This document shows positions 47,457 to 58,476 of a DNA stretch of 64,000 nt, piece by piece. The stretch lies in NCBI GenBank assembly GCA_002269645.1, contig NIVC01000252.1:1-64000 (forward strand), read 5' to 3'. The notes beneath the pieces were generated by a model, which had not been told where the DNA came from, did no database searches, and saw only the letters and a program-made list of their open reading frames with translations. How positions within the stretch are numbered: the first letter of the stretch is position 1; each line of letters opens with the position of its first letter. A program made the translations under genes and the position numbers. Origin of the DNA: Macrostomum lignano. Its lineage: Eukaryota.

Positions 47457-48957
47457 GTAAGTATTTTTGTAGTGTGGGTGCAACAAAGCAAGGTTTTTGT
47501 TTTTGTTTTTTTACAGAATATAGTTTTGTACTTATTTAATTTTTGCCTAGGCCTATTTAATTTTAGAACAGGAACTGAGTACCAAAAATTTGTGGCATTA
47601 AGGCCTAAAATTAACAATAGGCCTATTATTAGGCAGTCTGCAATAGTGACAATACTATTTGTTTCCATCTCTATATAGGCCTAGCATTATTTTTTATATC
47701 TAGCTTTAATTAGGCCCTATTATATGGGCTCCCTTTGCTAATTTCTATCTATAGCTTTGCCTTGGCTAGGCCTATCAACTTCTCATTCTCAATGATGATT
47801 CTATTCTAGCTATAAGCTATGGACCATAGTTTGTATCATGTAGGCTATTAGTGTACATTAGGTTTTATGCTAAATATTATAAGACATTGTTTGTATGCTA
47901 GGTTTATATGCCAGTGCCAATACAAAAACAATTGTTATCCCTATTGGAATAAAAATTGACAACCTGCAGATGTGCACTTTAGAATAGAGTCAAATTATTT
48001 TACCGTGCTTTAGCATTATTAGAGATGTTCCATTGCAATTGACGAAATCGTCCATTTCAATCTGTTGAAATCAAAATTCGAAAACTTTCCAAAATTGAAA
48101 TTGAACTTGAAATTTTCCGAAATCAAAATTCAGAAAAACAAAGTTTAATATGACTAACACTTACTTTTTTTACATTTTGATTTACTGCTTATGTTGTGTC
48201 ACTACACGTGATCAAACAGCTCCTTAAGATTGTTCTGCAGCGAATGAGCCTGGAGATGGTGTCAGCCCACTGACCGGACTGACTCCGCTACTGAGCGTGG
48301 GATTGCGTCGAGGTAAGGCAGTCAGTCCGTCCCTAGAGCGTACGGTACCCACTTTGCTCGAGACCCAAATGATTAATGAACACAGACATGAGTCTTACTT
48401 TGATTTCTAATTGGCATGGCGGTGAGCAAGGCAGCGAGTTCATCAATTAGTAGTATTGAGATTTTGATATTGAAGTTTGTTGATTCTGCAGAGTCTAGTG
48501 TTAGGTGTCGATGGGCACACGCTCACCCTGCCCACCGCCAGCAATTCTCTATTTATTTAGGCTGCCTGGCATAAGCCCTAGGGTCTCATGCCAGATAGCA
48601 TTATCAACAACCAACTTGTTGGCCAATCACCAATTGACAAGGGACAAGGGAATTGACAAGTGCTAACAAAAAGGGGGAGAGAGGGACCAGGCCAGCCAAT
48701 CCAGCTGGGTACGCATAATAAGAGAAGGGGGCAGAGAATAAGGGCTGATACATAACTGGGGGGGGGGTTTAGTGCAGTCAGAAATGGGGGGCTGACGCAA
48801 ACAGAATAGGATGGGGGCGCAGGCACGCGGCTGGGGGGTGGGAGTGCAGAGCCGGGCACACTTTGACCAAGAGCCAGAGATTGCTCATCGGTGCAAGTGC
48901 AACCGGGCACAACACCCTCCCCCACCACAAAAAGAGAGTTCATACTATAGACTAAAG

Positions 48958-49827
48958 TTAAAGTGCATAAAAGTCTTGCACTCTCAACATCAGTTGGGCC
49001 GGCAGGGTCTTTGCCATGCTCCGCTGCCAGCCAAGTCGCCACTTTTGGTTTTCCCGGGTTTCCCGCAAATGGTGCCAATGATGCCAGCAGGAGCCACTCC
49101 GAGGGCAGGACAGCGATGCGTCGCGCATGCCAGCAGCTGTGTACCAGCCGAGCGGTGACCTCAAACTTGAGGCCCTGTAATGTAGGTACAACCACAGAAT
49201 GTCTCCAGGCCAGTCCGATGACTCAGTGATCAGAATGCGACCTTTCATGAAGCCATTGTCACCGAGAAGTTGCATGAACTCGTCCCAGACCGACACACCC
49301 TGCTCGCCTGAAACCCGGCGCCGTTCCCACAGTCGCACCAACAGAGGCAGTTCTCACTCCCTGGCCAGTTGCACTTGCAACACAACCACTGCTTTTCGTT
49401 GCTCCCAGTCCAGTGCCGCATTCCGCCCATCCAACTCGGCTTCCCCAACCGCGATCACCCGCGGCCACCCACCAGCCAGGAACCGTCAGAGATCGGCTTC
49501 TATCGCAGGTAGGAGTGGCGCGGCCGCTGCTCTTAGGCCAAGTGCAAAAAAGATTCGGGCGTCCCCGATGAGTTGGGCAGTTGCAGCATTTGACGGACAC
49601 TGGCAGTATGGTGAATTCACTATAGCAACGCAGGCTTCTGGGATGCGATCTTTTCCACGTGTAGCAGGTCATGACGATCCGACATTGCAATTGCCAGCTG
49701 ATTCGGCACAGGGTCTCCAGAGTAACTCTGCCACTAACCAATGCGTACAATAACCAGCTATTTGTATTATTTCCCCATACGGTACCCAGCAGTTACGAGC
49801 GCACTTGAGAACTCTCACATAGCACAT
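48958..49827 (-). pseudogene. TatD-family (TIM-barrel) nuclease-like extra ORF inside element 3; three in-frame TGA codons and at least one frameshift
   Basis: From ATG 49827: ...RIFFALGLRAAAA...PRVIAVGEAELD...EQRKAVVVLQVQLARE*ELPLLVRL..., then after a frameshift GLKFEVT...IAVLPSEWLLLASLAPF. The motifs follow TatD order and spacing (GIHP, VAIGEIGLD, Q...QL.LA.E..LP..IH, IP.DRLLLETDAPY). About 290 codons. Confidence 0.7.
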
Positions 49828-49907
49828 ATTTCCGACAATTTTTATTCATTTTTATTGTTTTTATTTGACTCAACGCCCTGACTGGGCTGCTCAGGTGCCC
49901 AGCTCAG

Positions 49908-52077
49908 TCAGTACAATATTGGGCTACCGAACCGTTGAGGCGGGACACCCCTATTAGCATGAGCTGGGCACCCTTGGTGTACCGGAGGAGGTTCAGCCTG
50001 ACCTTCTGGGTGGGTCACTCTTTGAGCCCAAATGGCATCCAGTTCGTAATCATCATACGCAGCAGCCTGCTCAAGATCGGGCATCGTCGGCAACGGGGGA
50101 TAAGGTGGTTCCTAGCGGGAGTGTCGCTTGGGGTCCCTGACCCTACCCTCTGCACGACGTTTTTCCCGAGCCAGTGGGCGCCATTGCTTGGAGTTTGCGT
50201 CAACTTTCCTCAAGTTATTGTAATGTACGACTCTTGGCCTACAAGCCCCTTCATGCATAATTTTGAAATTTACATCGGAAAATCAGAAAGACTCGCGCTG
50301 GACCTTTCCAGTAATGGTGGAATTTCGGTATTTCGTTTGGTTTTATCACCAGATCATACTCTAAAACCAGGTCTCCCTCTCGAATTTCAACGCCGCGAGC
50401 TCGACCGTCGTAGAACTCATTCTGTTTCCGCTGGTAGGTTCTGAGGTTCTCCCTCACTGCCTCATGCGCCTGCTGAAGATTGTCAGCTAAGCGATAGGTG
50501 AACTCTGGGTAACTCTCAGGTATCCGCTCACTTAAGAAATCTATATCAACAGGGAGCGGCATCTCTCGGGCAAACATGGCGTAATGCGGTGTGTATCCAG
50601 TGCCTCTGTACACACCGGAGCGGTACGCTAGCAGCCCTGGGGCAATGCAGTCTTCCCAGTCCTTATCCTCTTGCTCTAACTGGCACATCAGCATGTGCTT
50701 CAGCGTGCGATTGAAACTCTCTGCCTGGCCGTCGGCCATCAGATGATATGGTGTTGTTCGGCATTTGCGGATGTCTAACAGCGTGCATCCCTATAGGAAA
50801 AAGTTGTAAAACCGCGGACGGTGTCCGGCGCACTTTTGAAATTTTTCTAAAGTGCAGCGCGCGCACAGGCGCATTGCCTGCGCGCGCGCTGCCCTTTCTT
50901 ACTGGCTGCTGCTCTAGCAAATACATATACATGTAAATGGGTATAATACCTCTATTGAAGGGGCTTATACACTCGTAATTTATTAAGCTTAGAGATGCTC
51001 CGAAAATTCAATTTCAATTTTCCAAAATTTGAAATTTTTTAGAGCAAATTTCATTTTCGAAAAAAATTAAAAAAGTGAAAATTTTGGTAGTGTCTAAAAA
51101 GTCGCTAAAAAAAATACTTTCTACTACATATACATGTATTACTTTTTGCTTAAGCAGTAAATTGAAAATAGAAAAGTAAGTGTTGATCATACTAAACTTT
51201 GTTTTTCTAAATTATGATTTTAGGAAATTTCAATTTTGATTTTGGAAAGTTAGCGAATTTTGATTTCGACAAAACTGCAGATCTTTCGGAATATCTCTAA
51301 TAATCCTAAAGCGCGGTAAAATAGTTTGACTCTTTTCTAAAGCGCGCATCCGCGGGTTTTTAACATTTATTCCAATAGGGGCGTGCATAGACTCTTCATC
51401 AGGGCTGATTCAAAATTTGATCCCTGGTCCGTGACAATCTCCCGAGGGCAGCCAAACGATGAAATCCAGTGCGTGAAGATCGCATGGGCCACTGCCTTTG
51501 CCCTCTGGTTGACCAACGGGACAGCGCAGGGCCACTTGCTGAATGAATCTTGAATAGTTAACACAAATCTTGACCCCTTCTTCGACTTAGGTAGCGGTCT
51601 GACTATGTTGCACATAATCCTCTGACATGGCGCGGAGCTTGGGATCGGTTGGAGAGGTGCTCTGTTTCTTTGCCCTGGTTTGCACTTTGAGCACACGAGG
51701 CATGTCCGGCAGAACTCTTCAACTTTGCAAGACAGTCCCGGCCACCAAAACTGCTGTTTGAATTTCGCTTGGGTTTTCTTAATTCCTAGGCCTAGGTGAC
51801 AGCCGCTTGCACCATCATGTAAGATTTTGGCGACTTCCTCGAAAAGACAGCCAGGCAAGACTATTTTTTTTCGCGAGGTGCCTAGAACTCGAATTAGGAA
51901 GAGTTCATCGTCCACTTCTATCTGATTTCGGTGGGCCCAGATTTCTCTCATGGTTGGACTGATGATTGGGTCAATCTGCGTGTCCTTGCCATCCAAAAAC
52001 TGCCTGATTCGTACCAGGGCTGGATCTTGTCTTTGAGCCTCCTTGAGATGATCTTTGTTTAACGGCAAAGCCAGCAT
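49908..52077 (-). pseudogene. Element 3 integrase, interrupted by MITE B and frameshifted at the C-terminus
   Basis: LHDGASGCHLG...CLVCSKC, TDQGSNFES, then after the MITE DGQAESFNRTLK...WKGP and VVHYNNLRK. Confidence 0.92.
50789..51380 (-). mobile_element. MITE copy B (592 bp), same family as copy A, inserted in the element 3 integrase
   Basis: Termini CCCTATAGGAAAA...TTATTCCAATAGGG. 8-bp TSD gcgtgcat (50781-50788 and 51381-51388). AT-rich interior. Confidence 0.93.
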
Positions 52078-52165
52078 TACGTTTACCTGTTCTTTAACTA
52101 GGGGTGGACTGCTGCACGTTGGGCATGAGTCTTGAGCCCAATGTTGTCAAACTTTCTGCGAAAGG

Positions 52166-53839
52166 CTATCCGCATTCTGATAGAAAATTCCCTTCCTGTG
52201 CGAGATCTAAGTCGTAACGCTGCAGCGTCTCAAGCCATTTAGCACATTGCCCCTCGACGTCCTTAAGATTTGTCAACCATGAGAGAGTGCTATGGTCTGT
52301 TCGTATCTTAAATTTCCTTCCCAGCAAATAGTACTTGTACAGCTTTACGAAGTGAACTATCGCTAGGAGTTCTAGTCTGGTAGTACAGTAGTTTCTTTTA
52401 CAATCTGCCAGCGACATGGATCCATAGGCAATGACGCGCTCTGACCTATCAGGTTGGCATTGTGATAAAACTGCACCAATCCCAATCTTTGAGCTGGTGT
52501 CGGTGTCCAGCACAAATGGTCCAGCTCCCTCGGAAAAGTCTGGATAGGCCATGATCTCCGCTGATGTTAGCGATTGTTTGAGTTCGGAAAACGCCTGCTG
52601 TTGTTCTGGGCCCCAAATAAACTGTGAGTCCTTGCGCATGAGCTTGAACAATGCGGCTGCCTTCACTGAGAAGTCATTCACGAAATTTCTGTAGTAGGAG
52701 CAGAGGCCTAAAAATAACTACACTTCTTTTATATTCTTGGGTGTGGGCCAGTTTCGAATTTCTTCTGTCTTCGCAGGATCTGTCGCAATACCTTCAGACG
52801 ATATGACATGCCCTAAGAACTTGGCTTCCTTGGACAAGAAATGGCATTTCTTGGCTTTCAAGCGGATCCCAGCAGTTCGTAAGCAATCAAAAACATGCTG
52901 CAGCCACTTGAAATGCTCTTCGTAAGACTTTGAAAAAACTATTATATTGTCGAAATATACAAGACACTCTCTCCATGTTAGACCAGCCATGACGAGGTTC
53001 ATCAGCTTGACGAAAGTCGCCGGGGCATTTCTTAGCCCAAAACTCACATATCGCCAGGCAAACTGACCTCTATTTGGAACTACGAATGCCGTCTTAAGTT
53101 GATCTTTAGGGTCTAGCGGGCACTGGTGATAGCCTGAAGCCAAGTCTAGAGTTGAAAAAATAGCATTTCCTGCAAGTGCCTCTAAAGTTTCATCCATTCG
53201 CGGCGGCAGAAATGGGTCAGGATTGGTTACTTCATTTAGTTGGCAATAATCCAGGCACAGCCTGATGGATCCGTCCTTCTTCCGCACAGGTACAACCGGG
53301 CTGACCCACGGGGATTGACACTCGTAGATCCTACCGCAGTCTATTAGCCTGTCGATTTCTTTATCGATTTCTGGCCTTATGTGCGGCGGGATACGGCGTG
53401 GTGGTTCTCTAGTTGGCCTGGCGTCCCCGATGTCTATGGTATGCATTGCCTGGTCAGTTGAACCCAGCTCGCTATCATCCTTGGCGAAGACATCTCTGTT
53501 CTGACGGATCAACTTTATGAACGACACCTGCTGGTCTTCGGACAAGTCCAGCAAGTCCCAGCTGCCCAGATGCTCTACAGGATCCCAGTCTTTGTCGAGC
53601 GAGACCTGGTTAGCTTGTGCCTTGGGTGCTTCATCATGATTTGGTTGGCTGCCATGGATGGGCGAGAACCAGCCAATCTGCTTCCCTTTTGTCAGTACTA
53701 CAGGTTCTCCCGACACATTCGTAATCTTGACAGGGACGGTACTGTCAGCAGAGGGCACGACAATTGACCTAGCTAGCATCACATGGCCTTCAGTCTGGGA
53801 GCGGGTCTCTGCTATTCCTAAGAACCGAAATTCCTTCAC
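52166..53839 (-). pseudogene. Element 3 RT and RNase H with stops and damaged catalytic motifs
   Basis: SPVVPVRKKDGSIRLCLDY, LDLASGYHQ, YFDN in place of YxDD, LDTDTS in place of DTDAS, RLELLAIV. Confidence 0.93.
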
Positions 53840-53860
53840 TCCTCTCCGACTCAGCTTAGC

Positions 53861-55322
53861 TCAAATGGTTTGAGACCGATTTGCAGGAACTGTTTCCGAT
53901 TTCGAAATGACTATCCGGCAGAGAAGGGGTCGCTCAGAAGACATACAAAAAGGAAAAGTTCCTACTAAAGTGAAGATCTGAAAGTTGGCAAAATCCAACT
54001 TGGCTGCTTGGCAACGGAAAAAATCTGCACCAAGGATGCAGTGATGCAGTATGTGTGAGACGACGATGAAGGTGTAACAAAATCTATGCAAGCCAATCGA
54101 AAATTCCCCAACGCACTCACCCAGCACATTTATGACATCGCCATTTGCAACTTGAATATTCTCCTATGTAGCTTGGCTTCAACACGGCTCAATTCGAGTT
54201 CCTCTTCCACGCGGCTACACTTAGCAGGGAGATACTTGAGCCGGAATCTAGCAAGCATGCCATACTTCTTGTTCTGCCTTCAAATATCACATCGACAAAA
54301 CCAAGTTCTGAACCTTATGCGGGTTGGCTCGGTGCGCTGGGTTGGGCCTCTACTGCTGGTTCGGGTGGGTGCCTGGGCAGCCCTGCCTCCAGGTCCCCTG
54401 ACCGTTTCCCGTTTGCTGCTGGTCTCTGCAGTTTAAAACACCTGGCCCGTTTGTGACCAGGCCGGTTGCAGTAATTGCAAACTATAGGATTTTTGCATTG
54501 CTGGGTCGTGTGGGTGGTCTCAAGGCAAGAACCACACTGGAAAGTTCTCTGGGCTGGTGCTGCAGCCTGGGCAGGTTGGGGATTAGGGTGCTTATGATAG
54601 TGGACTCCAGTTCCCGATCCAGCCTTCAGGTCTTGCAGCTCCGCTCTCAGTTCTTTTAGCTTTTTGCGGAGTCTGACTGCCTCATCTTGCGTGTTACTTG
54701 CGGATACATTCGCTGAGGGCCAAGGTTTCTCAGTGCTCGATTGAGCTATGCGGAGGGATGCCATACTCTGCCTTACATGCCTACAAGCTGCGTCGAGGGT
54801 ACCCGGTTCCTCCAATAGCAAGTGTTCACTGATTCTATCAGCGATTCTGGCACCTAGCAGGAACCGATCTCTTGCTAACTCATCTCTCTGTTCCACTGGC
54901 AGGTTTGGATAGGCCCGGCAGACAATTACTCGAAGGGCGTCGGCATAGTCTTCCACAGATTCATCCTTCTTCTGGTCCCAACCCCTCAGTTCGATATTAC
55001 TGTCCTGTGGAGTGTGATGCTGATTAAACCGTTGTGAAAGGCGTTCAACAAAATCGTCAAGCTCTAGATTGTCTGGTAACTCAAGGTTGGCAATGGCTCG
55101 GTAAGCTGTGTTGAAGTCCATCATACTAAGTAGGTGCTGCTTCCTATCTTCCTCGGGGATTTCTGCAGCTTCACAGTACGCTGTAAACTGTTGGAACCAC
55201 AGTTGGAAGTCCTGTCCAAGGGCAAACTTTGATGGTCTGGGCACTCTGTCCGATATTCATTTGGTTCTGCACTCTGGCGGCGAGTGCGTCAATTAGGGCA
55301 TTGACATTAGCCATTATGGCAG
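53861..55322 (-). pseudogene. Element 3 Gag (two zinc knuckles) and protease
   Basis: PSKFALGQDFQLWFQQF...ARDRFLLG, CGSCLETTH...CNYCNRPGHKRARC, CLLDSGSS (~54230-54260) and ILGADF. The N-terminus MANVNALIDAL is frameshifted near 55250. Confidence 0.9.
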
Positions 55323-57897
55323 CGACGAGGAGAAGCAAGATCGGAAGATTCAACTACGAGTAGTCTAGGCAGAAAATCAGACTAAATATCAAGTGCACTT
55401 GAAACTGCTAGATCATAAAAGTACAACCCAGGTTCTCTACTAGTAAACTAAACCTTAAACTATCCTGGTCACAACACCAATGTTGTGTCACTACACGTGA
55501 TCAAACAGCTCCTTAAGATTGTTCTGCAGCGAATGAGCCTGGAGATGGTGTCAGCCCACTGACCGGACTGACTCCGCTACTGAGCGTGGGATTGCGTCGA
55601 GGTAAGGCAGTCAGTCCGTCCCTAGAGCGTACGGTACCCACTTTGCTCGAGACCCAAATGATTAATGAACATAGACGTGAGTCTTACTTTGATTTCCAAT
55701 CGGCATGGCGGTGAGCAAGGCAGCAAGTTCGTCAATTAGTAGTATTGAGATTTCGATATTGAAGTTTGTTGATTCTGCAGAGTCTAGTGTTAGGTGTCGA
55801 TGGGCACACGCTCACCCTGCCCACTGCCAGCAATTCTCTATTTATTTAGGCTGCCTGGCGTAAGCCCTAGGGTCTCACGCCAGATAGCATTATCAACAAC
55901 CAACTTGTTGGCCAATCACCAATTGACAAGGGACAAGGGAATTGACAAGTGCTAACAAAAAGGGGGAGAGAGGGACCAGGCCAGCCAATCCGGCTGGGTA
56001 CGCATAATAAGAGAAGGGGGCAGAGAATAAGGGCTGATACACAACTGGGGGGGGGTTTAGCGCAGTCAGAAATGGGGGGGTTGACGCAAACAGAATGGGG
56101 GGGGGGCGCAGGCACGCGGCTGGGGGTGGGAGTGCAGAGCCAGGCACACTTTGACCAAGAGCCAGAGATTGCTCATCGGTGCAAGTGCACCCAGGCACAA
56201 CACTTATGCAAAGCAAAATACATGTATATCTAGCAGAAATTACTCACTGTTTATTTTTAGCCACTTAGACACTTTTAAAATTTTGACTTCTGATTTTTTT
56301 GAAATCGAAATTTGCTCTTAAAAATGTCAAATTTTGGAAAATTGAAATTGAAATTTCTGAACACTGCTAGGTATTATAAATGACAAGTGTATAGGCTCCT
56401 TCTTCAGAGGTATTAGGCCCCTTTCCATGTATATTTATTTGCTTAAGCAGCAGCCAGCAAGGAAGGGCACTGCGTGCACCTGTGCGCGCACTGTGCTTTA
56501 GAAAAATTTCAAAAGTGCACCAAAAGCCGTCCGCAGTTTTACAACTTTTTCCTATAGGGATTGTTATTGATGCAATATATCTACCATGCTCAGGATTTAG
56601 GAAGGTGGCAGAGGCATGCCAGAATCAATGATGAGCAAAGCTACCAATTCATGCCATATATGCCAATACTTTTAGTCAACTGTTTGCCAAGCTCACCAAA
56701 ATTTTAATGACCCTTTTTACCATGTATGTCAAATATACTAGGCCTAATGTTTTCAGCCCTACTTTGCTGACTACCCCCATACCCAAGTAGTGTCCTGAAA
56801 TTTCGCATCACACTATTTACATTATGGAAAACCTTGCTTGCTTGAAGAAAATATCCCAACAATAGTATACTAGAAAAAAGCAAATAAGTTTACAATTGTC
56901 TCCCATAAGGCTTTAGCTCACTCTGACACCTATCTACAACTTTGCTAGTGCTGTACTTTGTGGCACGGCCTTGAAAGTTGACTAAAATGATCCTGATGCT
57001 GGTGGATGCCATGGCCACGGTCATGATTGCCTATGTAATAGAGCTTGGCAGCTCTCAGCAGCCTTTCGCAGCTTGGGGTTCCAACTGGCAGCAGTATCTA
57101 GGAAAGCTTCAACCACAGTTCAAGTGTCTGGTTGCTCTGGCCACCAGCCTTCTACTGTAACCACATTGTGGCATAGAAGGACTCCATGATGGCCTCTGAA
57201 AAAAGCATTGCCCTACTTATTACCAAGGACAACTTAAGTAGTAGGACGCAACACTCGCGTATCGTGTAATTTTTATTGGAGGCCTGGTCTTCACATATAT
57301 GTAATTCTCGACTAGTTGCACGTAGAAAGCTAATTCTTTTGGCGTTAGGTCCAGAATTTTGTTCTTCGTTAAAATGTAAGTAATGAAATAGTAGACTACA
57401 TGTATAAGCAGCGTATAGTTAAGTACAGTGAAAACAACCCAATTTCGTGCAATTTTGTGTAAAATACACCAAATTTTCTTTAGAAATTTGTCAGTCTGTC
57501 ACAATTCCTAGTCAATACTCAATAGCGAAAATGAGTTTTTAGTTTGTAAACTAATAATCTCATTAAGCAAGTGTAAAATAAAACAGTTTATTTATTATAG
57601 AAAATATCATTGTCAAATGCCATTGGTTTATTTTTTACGAGTATCAAAAAAGTTAATAAATTTGTGGCCTGCGTTAGAGTGAGACAAAACAGAAAACAAA
57701 CTTGACAAAGAATCTGTGACAAAGCAGAAATTTACCCAAAGGACCAGGACCTGGATCTGGATCCTAACCTAGATTTGGCTTTTTTTCAACACTAAAACTG
57801 AGCAGCCCTAAGCAGCAAAACTGTTCCAAAAATTCACAGGTTTAGTCAAAATTTAAGTGATGGCTGATTCAAAAACAAACACAAACATCCGAGCCAA

Positions 57898-58476
57898 TCA
57901 AGTTGAGCAACACGGTCGCAGTGATGAGAACAGTTGGTAGCACAGTGCGGCAAAAACCAGGAGCCACTCTGGAGGCTCGCGCAGCTTGCCTCTCGATAGT
58001 AAACACGTGAACTCACAATCAGCGGGCAACTGAATTGGAGAATTTGAATCAGCTTGGCCACTGTCTTCTGAAACTGGGATCTGCTCCTTGTGAGCTACAT
58101 ATCCGCATACATAGTACAGTGCCAACTGTTCTTCATCAGTGGGTATGGAGGATTCAGCGCTGTCTTTCAAAGTCGAAACTAGATCATTGAGATGTGCGAG
58201 TTTGTCGTCCGACAGCTCACCATCGCAACAAGCTGCTCGCGGGTTTCTGAAGCAACCCTCCTCGCATTGGACCAACCAACTTGACATCCAGGCTGGCTTG
58301 TCTGCCACAGCGGATGCAAAGTTCTCCCAGCCTCCAATTCTATCCTTTGTATTAAAGTCCTGTAGTTCATCAGGCATTTGTTGACAATGTGACGCCAGAA
58401 TACGACATTCAGTCACATTTCTAGATGACACTGAAATAATGCAATTGAGTGACAGCGCTGACTTTATTGAAAGCAT
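57898..58476 (-). pseudogene. Remnant of a P-element/THAP9-like transposase C-terminal region in the OPA3 intron
   Basis: EEQLALYYVCGYVAHK...FTCLLSRGKLREP resembles the LxYxxGY...LSRGGLxxP C-terminal motif of P-type transposases. No catalytic core or TIRs found. Confidence 0.6.

Larger units (their letters stand above)
48192..56202 (-). mobile_element. Ty3/gypsy LTR retrotransposon 3, full length and decayed, antisense in the OPA3 intron
   Basis: LTRs at 48192-48914 (3') and 55481-56202 (5'), TGTTGTG...CACAACA, about 20 differences. 4-bp TSD ctta. PBS 55462-55479 TGGTGTTGTGACCAGGAT resembles the tRNA-His 3' end with 2 mismatches. PPT at 48915-48926. Confidence 0.96.
47939..56559 (+). mobile_element. 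MITE copy A (~600 bp: 47939-48191 plus 56207-56559), split by LTR element 3
   Basis: Imperfect TIR CCCTATTGGAAT...TTTTCCTATAGGG. 8-bp TSD attgttat (47931-47938 and 56560-56567). Both halves are colinear with copy B. Confidence 0.9.
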
